From a bacterium (lineage in GTDB: Bacteria; Patescibacteriota; Patescibacteriia; UBA1558; UBA10009): a DNA stretch of 64,000 nucleotides. The stretch's first letter is position 1, and each line of letters starts with the position of its first letter. The translations under genes were made by a program, and so were the position numbers. This document shows positions 36,950 to 46,948 of this stretch, one piece after another. The notes below the pieces were generated by a model. It was not told the DNA's origin, did no database searches, and saw only the letters and a list, made by a program, of their open reading frames with translations. The DNA lies in contig JABHGM010000001.1 in assembly GCA_018672055.1 (NCBI GenBank), forward strand, positions 736,977-800,976, written 5' to 3'.

Positions 36950-37975
36950 TTAATTTCCTAAGTTTCTAAATAATGGTAAACCAGTTGAAGGGCTAGTTGG
37001 AATATATATTGTACCTTCCCTATCTTTAAGCTCTCTAATGTATAAGTAGTAAAGGTAATTCTGAGATAAGCTTTGATTAATAATAGACTGAGCATCTCTT
37101 TGTCCTTCAGCTTCAATTACTTTTCTCTGCTTTTCTTTTTCTTCTTTAGTTAACAAGAAATCATATTTTTCTGCTTCTTGCTCTGCTTGTAATTTTTCTT
37201 GAATTGAATTAGCTAAATTAGAAGGTAAAACTACATTTCTAAGTAAAACTTCTTCAATGACAATGCCTCTTGGTTCTAAATCCTCTCTTAAACTGTCTTG
37301 TATCTGTATAGTAGCCTCTTGTCTTTTTTCTGAATAAATATCTTTAGCTTCATACTTAGCAATTACTTCTCGAATTACACTTCTAATTGATGGTCTAATT
37401 ATTTTTTCATCATAGGTCAAGCCTACATTTTTATAAATATCAGACGCCTGTTCTTCGTTTAAACGATATAAAACAGTCATATCCAGATCAACACTTAAAC
37501 CTTCTTTAGTAAGCGCAGTAATAGCATCAGCGCCTTTTTTATTACCTTCATCAGAGATAATACTCATAGTGTATTCTTCTGTTCTAATAGTCATCTTAGT
37601 TACTTTAGCTAATGGAATAACTAAATGAAAACCCGATCTTAACTCTTGATCTTTTACTCTACCAAATAAAGAATAAACACCAGTTTCACCAGCATCTACA
37701 ACAATAATTGAAGCAAAAAACAACCAAATAATTAAAACTGAACCAACGCCAACTAAAACATTCTTTTTTATATTTTTATTTGTTTTTAGATTGTCCATGT
37801 CTATTACATTATCCATAGATTTATTTAAGTTAAGTTTATTATGTTTTTTTATATAAAATATTAAAATGATAACAACAATAACAATTAAAAGACCCGGACT
37901 ATTTTTAAATACGGGCATTAACATTATAGCTAAGAATATTAGTAAAGGTATGTTCTTTTTTATTTTATCTTCCAT
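36950..37975 (-). CDS. SPFH/Band 7/prohibitin family protein
   Basis: VDAGETGV...G-F-H...LTKEGLSVDLD...EAEG motifs; start moved to the ATG at 37975. Confidence 0.9.
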   Translation of the reverse strand: MEDKIKKNIPLLIFLAIMLMPVFKNSPGLLIVIVVIILIFYIKKHNKLNLNKSMDNVIDMDNLKTNKNIKKNVLVGVGSVLIIWLFFASIIVVDAGETGVYSLFGRVKDQELRSGFHLVIPLAKVTKMTIRTEEYTMSIISDEGNKKGADAITALTKEGLSVDLDMTVLYRLNEEQASDIYKNVGLTYDEKIIRPSIRSVIREVIAKYEAKDIYSEKRQEATIQIQDSLREDLEPRGIVIEEVLLRNVVLPSNLANSIQEKLQAEQEAEKYDFLLTKEEKEKQRKVIEAEGQRDAQSIINQSLSQNYLYYLYIRELKDREGTIYIPTSPSTGLPLFRNLGN

Positions 37976-37976
37976 A

Positions 37977-39203
37977 TTATAATTCACCTAAAACTACTTT
38001 AATCTCTATTTCTTCACCGCTTCTCAATATTAGTAAAGTTAACTCTTGACCAGGTGTATATTCCTGAACAAGCTTAGTTAATGAATTCCTCTCATCAATT
38101 TCTTCATCATTTACTTTAAGTATTATATCCCCTGCTTCTAAACCAGCTTCTTCTGCTGGACTACCAATTAAAACAGATAATATATCTTCTGAAGCATTAC
38201 CAAGTAAAACAGCGCCTTTTAACTTACCTTCGGTAATACTTTCATCTAAACCAAGTGTTTCTGACAAATCAACGTAAGTAACACCTAAACTACTTCTAAA
38301 TATTTCAGAACTGTTAGTTAAAAAATTATCAACAGCTGATTCTAAATAATATGCAGGAATAGCCAATCTTAATTCAGAACGTCCTGAATTAAAAATTAAA
38401 CCAACTATTTCAACCTGATCATTAACTACTAAAGCACCATTATATACTTCTTCAAAATCTTTATCTAATTTTAAGTAATGATCAATACTTTCAGTAGTAA
38501 GTAAGAAATAATCAGCTACAGATTGATCATGATAGAAAGATTTTTGAATACTTGTTTTTATAATATCACTTCCATGATTCTGAGCACTAAACCTAGAAAC
38601 AAGCAATGATTTAGTAGGTTGCAGAGAATCAAGATCTGCAAATTTAACAGGTTTTAAATTAGTAGCTGAAACCTGGATTAAAACAACTCCACTAAATTCA
38701 TCATGAACTATACTAATTGGCTCTAAAACTTTCTTATCATCAGTAATAATAACATAATCAGTATCACCAATAACACTTGAATGAGTTAAAATCCAACCAT
38801 CTGATGTCAAAATCATACCACTTCCTAAGAAATCTTTTTCTAAATATATTGAACCCAAAATATCATCAGCTACTCTTTTATCATAAATACCAACTATTTG
38901 ACTTTTAAGTTCAGATAAAACTTGAGTAAATGAATCATCTTCTTTTTTAAGTAAAAAATTAAGATCAATAACCTCTGATTCTGGATCTTTAGTATCTTCT
39001 AAAACAACAGGAGTATATTCATCAAACCAAATATCATGCACAAAACCAGCTAGAAAACCAGCTAACGTTGATAATATTAAAAATAGAATTAATATCTTAT
39101 TTGGAACTTTCTGCTCTTGCAATGGTCTAACCATTTTTTGAGAATATAAGTCCTTAATTATATCCTTTTTAGGAACTTTTTTTTGTGTTGTTTTTTCTTT
39201 CAT
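37977..39203 (-). CDS. HtrA/DegP-like trypsin-PDZ protein with degenerate catalytic residues
   Basis: GSGMILTSDGWILTH and PDZ GSPAEEAGLEAGDII; the GNSGG position reads VYNGA. Confidence 0.8.
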   Translation of the reverse strand: MKEKTTQKKVPKKDIIKDLYSQKMVRPLQEQKVPNKILILFLILSTLAGFLAGFVHDIWFDEYTPVVLEDTKDPESEVIDLNFLLKKEDDSFTQVLSELKSQIVGIYDKRVADDILGSIYLEKDFLGSGMILTSDGWILTHSSVIGDTDYVIITDDKKVLEPISIVHDEFSGVVLIQVSATNLKPVKFADLDSLQPTKSLLVSRFSAQNHGSDIIKTSIQKSFYHDQSVADYFLLTTESIDHYLKLDKDFEEVYNGALVVNDQVEIVGLIFNSGRSELRLAIPAYYLESAVDNFLTNSSEIFRSSLGVTYVDLSETLGLDESITEGKLKGAVLLGNASEDILSVLIGSPAEEAGLEAGDIILKVNDEEIDERNSLTKLVQEYTPGQELTLLILRSGEEIEIKVVLGEL

Positions 39204-39266
39204 GAATATATTTTAAAGTGTATATATTATAATGTTTTTAGCTGAATTTATCAATGTGTATAAACA

Positions 39267-40031
39267 TTAAAACCATTGAGCTGTTATAAATAGTAATAGT
39301 AATATAAATAGGGATATAGCTATTATATTCTTAATATATTTTACTTGATATCTTTTACTAAAATGCCAAATAATTAATTCATCAAATATAAAATAAAATA
39401 TAGTAAAAATTATACCTTTAAAAAAATATACTTGAGGTAGTATAGTTAATCCCCAAAAAACTTGAGCCATTACTAAACTCATTATTAAACGATAATTAAA
39501 AGCTGATATTTTAAGCGACCAACTCTGCCAATTATGATACCAACTTAAAATAAACATCATGATAAAAAAGATTACTAAAGTAAGGTAAGGTGACAAATTA
39601 AAAAAGTCACGAAAACCAAAAAATATTGAAGTAACAAAAAATATTAAAAATAACTTAGCTTGTTTAATATATAACCACAATCTTTCTGATTCTTTTATTA
39701 TATTTTTAAAATATATTATGAATAACTCATTAAAAAAGATAAACAATAATACTAAGTTAGTTAAAACTAAACCTAATTTAAAATAAAAGTTTTCTAAAAA
39801 TAGAAAAAGTGTTAATACTGAATATGATATAAGTAAACTAAATAAAGAAAAATAAAATGTTTTTTTCTTATCTTTAACCTTGTCCATGATAAAAAACATA
39901 GTACCTAGAAAAACAAAGATAAAGAGTAATATATAAAGTAAAAATACCAAATCTTCTTTAAAGAATAATAAACTAATAAGCAAAGAAGATATTAGCGGTA
40001 TTAAATAAGATATTATTCTATAACCTAACAT
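39267..40031 (-). CDS. Multi-pass membrane hypothetical protein
   Basis: 254-aa hydrophobic ORF. Confidence 0.7.
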   Translation of the reverse strand: MLGYRIISYLIPLISSLLISLLFFKEDLVFLLYILLFIFVFLGTMFFIMDKVKDKKKTFYFSLFSLLISYSVLTLFLFLENFYFKLGLVLTNLVLLFIFFNELFIIYFKNIIKESERLWLYIKQAKLFLIFFVTSIFFGFRDFFNLSPYLTLVIFFIMMFILSWYHNWQSWSLKISAFNYRLIMSLVMAQVFWGLTILPQVYFFKGIIFTIFYFIFDELIIWHFSKRYQVKYIKNIIAISLFILLLLFITAQWF

Positions 40032-40036
40032 TTTAA

Positions 40037-40426
40037 TTAAAAATTATTAATTATAAATAAAGATAACGTCGAAGCTAACCAAGAATAATCATCAACTATT
40101 TTTTTTAGTTTAGCTTGTTCAATACCTTGCTCATCAAGTGTAGTAATTAATTTAAGATGCAATTCTTGATATTTAAGTGGTACAGTTAATTCCATTAAAT
40201 CATCACCTATACTATCCAATGAATTATTTGGCTGACTATACTTTTGTATAAGCTTAGTTAAACTATTCTGATAATCATCTTCTAAAACTTTTTGTTTTAA
40301 ATCAATTCCACTTACAGAGTTACTATAAGGTAAGATGTTGAGTTCAGAAATAAGAGTAATGCCAGTTAACATCATAGCACACACTAAAAGAAAGATAGCT
40401 AAAAAAACTATTTTACTAATATTCAT
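40037..40426 (-). CDS. Hypothetical protein with N-terminal transmembrane segment
   Basis: 129-aa ORF, co-oriented and tightly spaced with its neighbours. Confidence 0.65.
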   Translation of the reverse strand: MNISKIVFLAIFLLVCAMMLTGITLISELNILPYSNSVSGIDLKQKVLEDDYQNSLTKLIQKYSQPNNSLDSIGDDLMELTVPLKYQELHLKLITTLDEQGIEQAKLKKIVDDYSWLASTLSLFIINNF

Positions 40427-40447
40427 AAATTATATTATTTTTATATT

Positions 40448-40873
40448 TTAATTTACTTTAGGTTTAAACATAAGACCAAGTATTATACCAAGTATCATGT
40501 AGTTTATAAGGCTAGATATAAGCCATAGGACAACTAATTCTTCTGGTACAGCCATAGTTACAAAAGTCATAATTAAACCAGGTACAGCGCCAACTAACCA
40601 AATCCAAAAACCATATTGAATACCTTTTCCAACTCCGGAATCAGGTACTGATTTATAAAAAATAGTATAAACTAATGTAAATACTAAACCAACAATAATA
40701 TCAGCAATAAGTGATGTCATCCACCAATTACCTGTCATATCCTTCCAAAGTGATGGATCTGAAGCAGTATATAAACCGCCAAATAAATAACCTTCGATTG
40801 AATGTAAGATAAAGAAGGCAATGCCTACTAAGACACCTATTTGAAATATCTTACCTTGATTATTTTTTACCAT
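40448..40873 (-). CDS. DUF1761-like membrane protein
   Basis: 4 transmembrane segments with KGIQYGFWIWL motif. Confidence 0.6.
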   Translation of the reverse strand: MVKNNQGKIFQIGVLVGIAFFILHSIEGYLFGGLYTASDPSLWKDMTGNWWMTSLIADIIVGLVFTLVYTIFYKSVPDSGVGKGIQYGFWIWLVGAVPGLIMTFVTMAVPEELVVLWLISSLINYMILGIILGLMFKPKVN

Positions 40874-40920
40874 AAAAAAACATTATTAATTATTAATTAT
40901 AATATCCTCATGCTAATATT

Positions 40921-41238
40921 TTATACAAATGAATCTGCACTTATCTCTTGCCAAATACTTCCCTCTTTCTTATATATCTTAAAAGTATGTGTTACTTCAT
41001 CTTCAGAATAAATATATTCTACACTAACATCACCACCAACACGATTTGAATAAGTAGTCTTTTTATCAAGTACTTTAGGACGTGTTATCCATTCTGTTTT
41101 CATTAAACCAAGAGGTCCATTAAATTCAATAGTTTCTATTTCTTGATGTCTTTCTTCATCTTTTTCGTACTTTTCATCAATAACACTAAAATCAGCTTTA
41201 ATCTTCTTTTTTAAATCATTATATCTATCCTCATGCAT
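40921..41238 (-). CDS. Hypothetical protein
   Basis: 105-aa ORF. Confidence 0.7.
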   Translation of the reverse strand: MHEDRYNDLKKKIKADFSVIDEKYEKDEERHQEIETIEFNGPLGLMKTEWITRPKVLDKKTTYSNRVGGDVSVEYIYSEDEVTHTFKIYKKEGSIWQEISADSFV

Positions 41239-41324
41239 ATTAATAATATTATACCACTTATTTAAACACTTGTCTTATTAAAAAAACATATTATTTAAAA
41301 TATGTTTATTTATATAATTATATA

Positions 41325-42011
41325 TTAATTACCACCAAACGTTCTATTTCTACGTTTATATTCTTTAACAATACTATCTATTACTTTCTCAGTCATGGCT
41401 GGCCAACATGTTTTAATAAACATTAGTTCAGAATAAGCGCTATGCCATAATAAAAAGCCAGATAATCTCATTTCACCAGCTGTCCTAACAATCATATCAA
41501 CTTTAGATAAATTTGGGATATAAAAATAGTTAGATAATGATTTAGGAGTAACACTCTTTACTTTATTCTTAATTAATTTATTAATACCATCTGTTATTTC
41601 AAAATGTCCGCCATAGTTAACTGCTAAATTAATTATTAACTTATTATTATTTTTAGTTTTAAGTTCAGCATCTTTAATTAATTTTAAAACTTCTTTACTC
41701 ATTCCCTGTTCTCTACCTATTATTCTAAACTTAAAACCTTTTTCATGAATTTGATCTAAGTCATTTAGTAAACCTGTTTTTAATAAATTCATTAGATAAG
41801 AAACTTCCTTTTTACTACGATTCCAATTCTCAGTAGAAAAAGCAAAAAAAGTCACTTCTTTAATCTGATGCTTATAACACCAATCAGCAACTTTAAAAAC
41901 CCTATCATAACCTTTCTTATGACCTATTAAAGTAGGTAAACCTCTTTTTATAGCCCATCTTCTATTACCATCCATTATAAAGGCTAAATGATTTAATTTA
42001 TTCTTAGACAT
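41325..42011 (-). CDS. uppS: Undecaprenyl diphosphate synthase
   Basis: IMDGNRRWA, FSTENWNR, RTAGEMRLSGF and RTFGG motifs. Confidence 0.95.
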   Translation of the reverse strand: MSKNKLNHLAFIMDGNRRWAIKRGLPTLIGHKKGYDRVFKVADWCYKHQIKEVTFFAFSTENWNRSKKEVSYLMNLLKTGLLNDLDQIHEKGFKFRIIGREQGMSKEVLKLIKDAELKTKNNNKLIINLAVNYGGHFEITDGINKLIKNKVKSVTPKSLSNYFYIPNLSKVDMIVRTAGEMRLSGFLLWHSAYSELMFIKTCWPAMTEKVIDSIVKEYKRRNRTFGGN

Positions 42012-42082
42012 AATTGATATATATTATATCACTTATTTACTAATAATAAAACAGTCTTAAATAATGATACTTATAACAGGTA

Positions 42083-42111
42083 TTGACAAAATATACTATA
42101 TATGCTATACT
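42083..42111 (+). promoter_or_regulatory. Sigma70-type promoter
   Basis: TTGACA-17 nt-TATACT with an extended TG. Confidence 0.65.
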
Positions 42112-42164
42112 ATATAGTATAATAAAAATAGAAATAATAATAGCACTTAAACAAGGAGACTATC

Positions 42165-42563
42165 ATGAAAATGATATATGCTTTAATACCTCTACTATTA
42201 ATTGCTTTAATATTAATAGTAAATATAGAACCTCAAGGAATGCCAAGAGAGAATGAAGAAGGCATTATTATTCAATGCATCCCAGAGCTGTTAAGTTATA
42301 TTAACGATCCGCTAGTCCATGAAATATATGCAACTCACCCTGAAACTAAATCAATGTTAACAATTCGCATTGATAATGAATTTGATGAATATAGAGTTAA
42401 TGACTGGGAAAAGATTAATGCTCTTGTTCAAAGAATCATGATAAGTTACAGCTTAAGAAGAGTTCCAATTCTACCAGAAGGAATAAAAGTCCTTACAGCT
42501 GATATAGGATCAGCAAAGGACATATTCCCAGATGTATATTTAGCTGATATGTCAGCTCAATAA
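42165..42563 (+). CDS. Hypothetical secreted/membrane protein
   Basis: 132 aa with AAGGAG Shine-Dalgarno and an N-terminal hydrophobic segment. Confidence 0.7.
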   Translation: MKMIYALIPLLLIALILIVNIEPQGMPRENEEGIIIQCIPELLSYINDPLVHEIYATHPETKSMLTIRIDNEFDEYRVNDWEKINALVQRIMISYSLRRVPILPEGIKVLTADIGSAKDIFPDVYLADMSAQ

Positions 42564-42579
42564 CTCCAAACCCTACTCT

Positions 42580-42646
42580 AAAAGCCGGACGCTCACGCGA
42601 CGGCTTTTAACTTTAAATAAAAAATCCCTCGAATTTCAAGGGATTT
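42580..42646. terminator. Two terminator hairpins between convergent orphan genes
   Basis: AAAAGCCG...CGGCTTTT and AAATCCCT...AGGGATTT. Confidence 0.7.
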
Positions 42647-42657
42647 AAGATAAAATG

Positions 42658-43095
42658 TTATCTACATAGATCCGAACTCTTATATTTCATTTTATGTAAA
42701 ATGCTATCTTTTTGCATAATAATAAACTCTCTTAAGTGACGAATCTCTGAAAATGCTTTATTTATATCTTCTATTTGAGAAGCTCGAATTGCAATATTAT
42801 AAATGAAAATACTTTTTAAATCATTAAGCTTATTTATAGCAGAGTCAAAGCGAGCCAACTCAAGATTTATTATAATTGAATTCAAGTAATTTGAATAAGG
42901 TTCAATTAATTTAGCAAGCTCGACTTGTTTAGAATCAGCTGAGTTTAGATTTTCAATCAATTGTTCAATCAATGAATATGCATGAGAACGACCCTCTGCT
43001 TTACAATTACGAAGTATCGTATCAATAACTTTAATCATCTTTTTCTCTAAAGCTACAATCTTATCATATGCCACAGAATCAAAATCTTTTGCCAT
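42658..43095 (-). CDS. Hypothetical protein
   Basis: 145 aa with AAGGAGA Shine-Dalgarno. Confidence 0.65.
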   Translation of the reverse strand: MAKDFDSVAYDKIVALEKKMIKVIDTILRNCKAEGRSHAYSLIEQLIENLNSADSKQVELAKLIEPYSNYLNSIIINLELARFDSAINKLNDLKSIFIYNIAIRASQIEDINKAFSEIRHLREFIIMQKDSILHKMKYKSSDLCR

Positions 43096-43242
43096 TGTTA
43101 TCTCCTTTTTTTAAATATCAATAACATAAATATATTTGCACATATATTAAATAAAGTCAATACTATCTACTCCTTACTCATTGACAAATATATTAAATTA
43201 ATGTATTACTAATGTGGTACTTTAAAAGTAAGGAGGCCTCAA

Positions 43243-43560
43243 ATGAATAAAATAATATATATTGCTTTTCTTGGATTTATTTGTAGTGCTATACTCTTAA
43301 ACGTAGGAAATAGACCTATTCAAACTACCTCAAAAGGATTAGAAGTACAATATATAAATAAAGTATTTACCAATCCTTTTGATCCAAAAATCAAATATAT
43401 AATCGTTTATTTAGAAAATGAATCTGCTTCAACTAACTGGCAGATTGAATTCAATCAAAATAACTATCATCATAGTGATAGTGTAATAATTAATGATTGG
43501 GTTGATGGATTTTTTCTAGATAATATACCAGATTCAACTATAACTAAAACTCAACTATAA
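43243..43560 (+). CDS. Hypothetical secreted protein
   Basis: 105 aa with AAGGAGG Shine-Dalgarno, TTGACA at 43181 and a terminator at 43559-43591. Confidence 0.65.
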   Translation: MNKIIYIAFLGFICSAILLNVGNRPIQTTSKGLEVQYINKVFTNPFDPKIKYIIVYLENESASTNWQIEFNQNNYHHSDSVIINDWVDGFFLDNIPDSTITKTQL

Positions 43561-43589
43561 CTAGTGTTGTTAAAACAACGCTAGTTTTT

Positions 43590-44786
43590 TTAATTCAATT
43601 GATTCTTATAATTTTCAATATCTGAATAATATCTAGACATATTTTCTTCTTTAATAGCTTCACCTGGAGGTAATACTTCATACCTAGCATCTATCTTAGT
43701 ACCATACTTTACCATTTCATAATGTAAATGAGGACCAGTTGATAGACCAGTTGATCCAACATAACCTATTATCTCACCTTGAACTACTTTTTGACCATAC
43801 TTAACTATTATCCTGGACTGATGAGCATAGTTAGTTGAGTAAGTAGCATTATGTCTAATTTTAGTTAAATTACCATAGCCTCCACTATTCCAACCAGCAA
43901 ACATAACTGTACCATCACCTACTGCTCTAATTGGGGTACCTGAGGCTGCTGCATAATCTAGAGCCCTGTGATTAGTACATAACTGATAATATGATAAACA
44001 TCTAAGACCAGTAGTAAAACCAGATGATATATATTTATATTGTATAGGCGCTTTTAGAAACATCTTCTGTACTGAGTTGCCCTCAGGGTCGAAATATCCC
44101 TTATTCTCATCATGTTCTTCAAAATAGTATATTCTATGCTCAGTTCCAGCATTAACGTACAAGGAAGCGAGTATTTTACCTGGCATCACATATTCATTAT
44201 CTCTATACCTTTCTTCATAAATAAACTTAAAAGTGTCACCTACACGTGGATCTATAGCAAAATCTATATTCCATTGATAAGCATCAGCTAAATCAATTAT
44301 TACCCTAACATCAATATCATTATCTAAAGCTGTTTGATACATAGAAGTAATAAGTTCGCCTTCACTTGTTTTAATACGTATTTCATAAGGTATATCTTTT
44401 CTTTCAGCAACCCATTCATTACCTTCTAAAGTAACAAATAATTCTTCTTCAGTATCAATTTGATAGACAAGCTTTTTAAATTTATTAGATTCAATATCAT
44501 AATACAGATCAAGAGATCTATCAGTTCTAATTTTAACTAAATCATATACTTCCTCTGAAGCTTTAAGTATTTGTGCAGTAACTGTACTTGGTACTCCATT
44601 ATCACTCATTAAAGCGCCAAAGGTAGAGTTAGGTGTTATCTCTATACTCTCCAGTCTTTCAGTAATAATAGGTTCTTTAATATCTAAAGCATCATCACTT
44701 TTTAAATTAGATTGATTATTGAGTAATAAAAAAATAGCTATAGCTACTAGAAATATGATACTTATATATATTCTAATGTTTTTCAT
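43590..44786 (-). CDS. M23 family peptidoglycan endopeptidase (MepM-like)
   Basis: HRALD, YAH and GLSTGPHLHYE motifs. Confidence 0.92.
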   Translation of the reverse strand: MKNIRIYISIIFLVAIAIFLLLNNQSNLKSDDALDIKEPIITERLESIEITPNSTFGALMSDNGVPSTVTAQILKASEEVYDLVKIRTDRSLDLYYDIESNKFKKLVYQIDTEEELFVTLEGNEWVAERKDIPYEIRIKTSEGELITSMYQTALDNDIDVRVIIDLADAYQWNIDFAIDPRVGDTFKFIYEERYRDNEYVMPGKILASLYVNAGTEHRIYYFEEHDENKGYFDPEGNSVQKMFLKAPIQYKYISSGFTTGLRCLSYYQLCTNHRALDYAAASGTPIRAVGDGTVMFAGWNSGGYGNLTKIRHNATYSTNYAHQSRIIVKYGQKVVQGEIIGYVGSTGLSTGPHLHYEMVKYGTKIDARYEVLPPGEAIKEENMSRYYSDIENYKNQLN

Positions 44787-44837
44787 AAGGTTATGTTATT
44801 CTAGCATAAAACTAAAACAACACAAAGCATAAAGAAA

Positions 44838-45110
44838 TCAAGATATAGATATATTTAATTTTACATCTAGGGCTTTAGTAATTTTATTTAAAAAAGATAT
44901 GGTAGGGTTATATGAACCTTGTTCAAAACGAGAAATAGCTGATTGCTTAGTGCCAACCTTTTTAGCTAATTGTGCTTGTGTTAAACCTGATTTTATCCTC
45001 TTTTCAATTATTTTCTGAATAATAATAAACTCTGGTTCTAAATTATTATAAGCATTCTTAACTACCTTATCTTTTAAAATTTCTTTTTTAAAATTTGTAT
45101 ATTTTTTCAT
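44838..45110 (-). CDS. XRE-HTH antitoxin (HigA-like)
   Basis: GLTQAQLAKKVGTKQSAISRFE; downstream of the toxin gene. Confidence 0.85.
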   Translation of the reverse strand: MKKYTNFKKEILKDKVVKNAYNNLEPEFIIIQKIIEKRIKSGLTQAQLAKKVGTKQSAISRFEQGSYNPTISFLNKITKALDVKLNISIS

Positions 45111-45118
45111 ATATTTTA

Positions 45119-45147
45119 AGTATAACGTATATGTTATATTATGTCAA
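45119..45147 (-). promoter_or_regulatory. Antitoxin-specific promoter with palindromic operator
   Basis: TTGACA-17 nt-TATACT overlapping TATAAC-N6-GTTATA. Confidence 0.65.
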
Positions 45148-45444
45148 CTCTTTTTTTCGAATATATGCTAAATTAATTTCTTTTTTAGGAATTTGATTAC
45201 TTTTCTTTACTATCCCATGTAGGATTATTATATTGTTATTATAAAAAATATAGAATAATCTAACCTCTTGACTACCACGAATTCTTAATTCAAATAATCC
45301 TTTACCTAATGGTTTACTATGAGGTAATGGTAATTTATAATTAAATTCTTCTAATAAATCTAAAACTCGTAAGACTTTAGCTATAATTTCTTTATTTAAT
45401 GATTTTATAAAATCGCTTATTTCTTTATCTATTAAAATGTCCAT
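45139..45444 (-). CDS. RelE/ParE-family toxin (HigB/Gp49-like)
   Basis: PHSKPLGKGLFELRIRG...RLFY...LHGIVKKS motifs. Confidence 0.85.
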   Translation of the reverse strand: MDILIDKEISDFIKSLNKEIIAKVLRVLDLLEEFNYKLPLPHSKPLGKGLFELRIRGSQEVRLFYIFYNNNIIILHGIVKKSNQIPKKEINLAYIRKKELT

Positions 45445-45516
45445 ATAAATACAAAAAAGTCACATAATGTGACCCTTTATATATCTAACTTATCATAAAA
45501 TGATAATCTGTCAAAT

Positions 45517-45591
45517 TGGTACCGCCTAGGGGAATCGAACCCCTGTTACCGGAATGAGAATCCGGCGTCCTAGCCACTAGACGAAGGCGGC
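45517..45591 (-). tRNA. tRNA-Glu (anticodon CTC)
   Basis: GCCGCCT acceptor stem, anticodon arm CCGGA-TTCTCAT-TCCGG, T-loop GGTTCGATTCC and encoded CCA. Confidence 0.95.
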
Positions 45592-45596
45592 AAATA

Positions 45597-46871
45597 TTAT
45601 TGCCAATCAATAGTTTGTCTAACAAGTAACTCTTTTGCTTTATCCGGCTCAGCCATTAATTCTTTTGTAATTTGCTCCATCCTAGCACCCTGAGAACCTT
45701 TAATCAAGACTATATCATTCTCATGTAATCTATTTTGAATAAAAGTACCTGCTTCTTTATTTGTTGCAAAGTAAAATATATTATCTTCACTCATACCTTG
45801 TTCCTTAGCTCCACGCACTATGTCACGAGATCTTTCACCAACACATATTAATGTATCGATATTTGATTCAGATGCTTTAGCTCCTACTTCTTGATGCCCA
45901 GCTTCAGTATAACTACCTAGCTCTAACATTTCACCAAGTATAGCTATTTTTTTACCACTACCTCTTATAGCAACATCTTTTAATATATTTAAAGCAGCTT
46001 TTGAAGATATAGGTGATGAGTTATATGTATCATCTATTAATAATGTATTTTTAATTCCTTTCAGTAAATTAGTTCTACCTGGAGGTACTTTATATTTTCC
46101 AAAATCATCAATTAGCTCAAGTAGATTTACTTTTAAAGATATGCCAACAGCTAAAGCGGCTAGTGCTGCTTTAACTTGTATTGAACCTAAAACATTATTT
46201 AAAAATACAGGTATTACTTTACCATCAATTTCTAATTTAAATGAGGTACCAATATTATTTTCTTTAAATGATAATTTAATATCAGATGCTTTAAATGTAG
46301 AATCATCAGTTAAACCATAGGTAACAATTTTAGCTTTAGTCATGGTTTTCATTTTCATAACATTTGGATCATCACTATTTAGTATAGCTAAGTGACTTGT
46401 CTTTAAATGTTTTACTATTTCACCTTTTTCAGAAATAATATTTTCGAGTGTCTCGAAATATTCAAAATGAACTTTAGATACAGCAGTAACTACAGAAATA
46501 TCACATGGTACCATATCAACTAAGTATTTAATATCCCCTACTTTATCTGCGCCCATTTCTAGTACTAGCATTTCTGGATAATCATTATCTTTTTTAATGA
46601 TAAGCTTAAGTGCTTTAAAAAATATACCTAACCATTTAAATATATTACTATTTCCAGACTTAGAACCTATTATAGTTAGAGGTACACCTATTTCATTATT
46701 ATAATTCTTTATATTACGTCTAACCATAAAATTACCTCTTAAAAGAGCATATATTGCTTCTTTAGTAGAAGTTTTACCTACTGACCCAGTTATACCAATA
46801 ACTAAAGGACGATATTTCTTCAATATCTTAGTAGCTAACGTTTTAAGGATTTTAAATAGTATTTTCTTCAT
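45597..46871 (-). CDS. murF: UDP-MurNAc-tripeptide--D-Ala-D-Ala ligase
   Basis: GITGSVGKTSTKE, NNEIGVP, DDTYNSSP, GEMLELG and KGSQG motifs. Confidence 0.92.
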   Translation of the reverse strand: MKKILFKILKTLATKILKKYRPLVIGITGSVGKTSTKEAIYALLRGNFMVRRNIKNYNNEIGVPLTIIGSKSGNSNIFKWLGIFFKALKLIIKKDNDYPEMLVLEMGADKVGDIKYLVDMVPCDISVVTAVSKVHFEYFETLENIISEKGEIVKHLKTSHLAILNSDDPNVMKMKTMTKAKIVTYGLTDDSTFKASDIKLSFKENNIGTSFKLEIDGKVIPVFLNNVLGSIQVKAALAALAVGISLKVNLLELIDDFGKYKVPPGRTNLLKGIKNTLLIDDTYNSSPISSKAALNILKDVAIRGSGKKIAILGEMLELGSYTEAGHQEVGAKASESNIDTLICVGERSRDIVRGAKEQGMSEDNIFYFATNKEAGTFIQNRLHENDIVLIKGSQGARMEQITKELMAEPDKAKELLVRQTIDWQ

Positions 46872-46948
46872 ATAACTAATATATCATTAAATAAAAAAAG
46901 GACAAGTGCCTTTATTTTAGTTTTTGTTTTAGTATGAGTTTAATAAAT

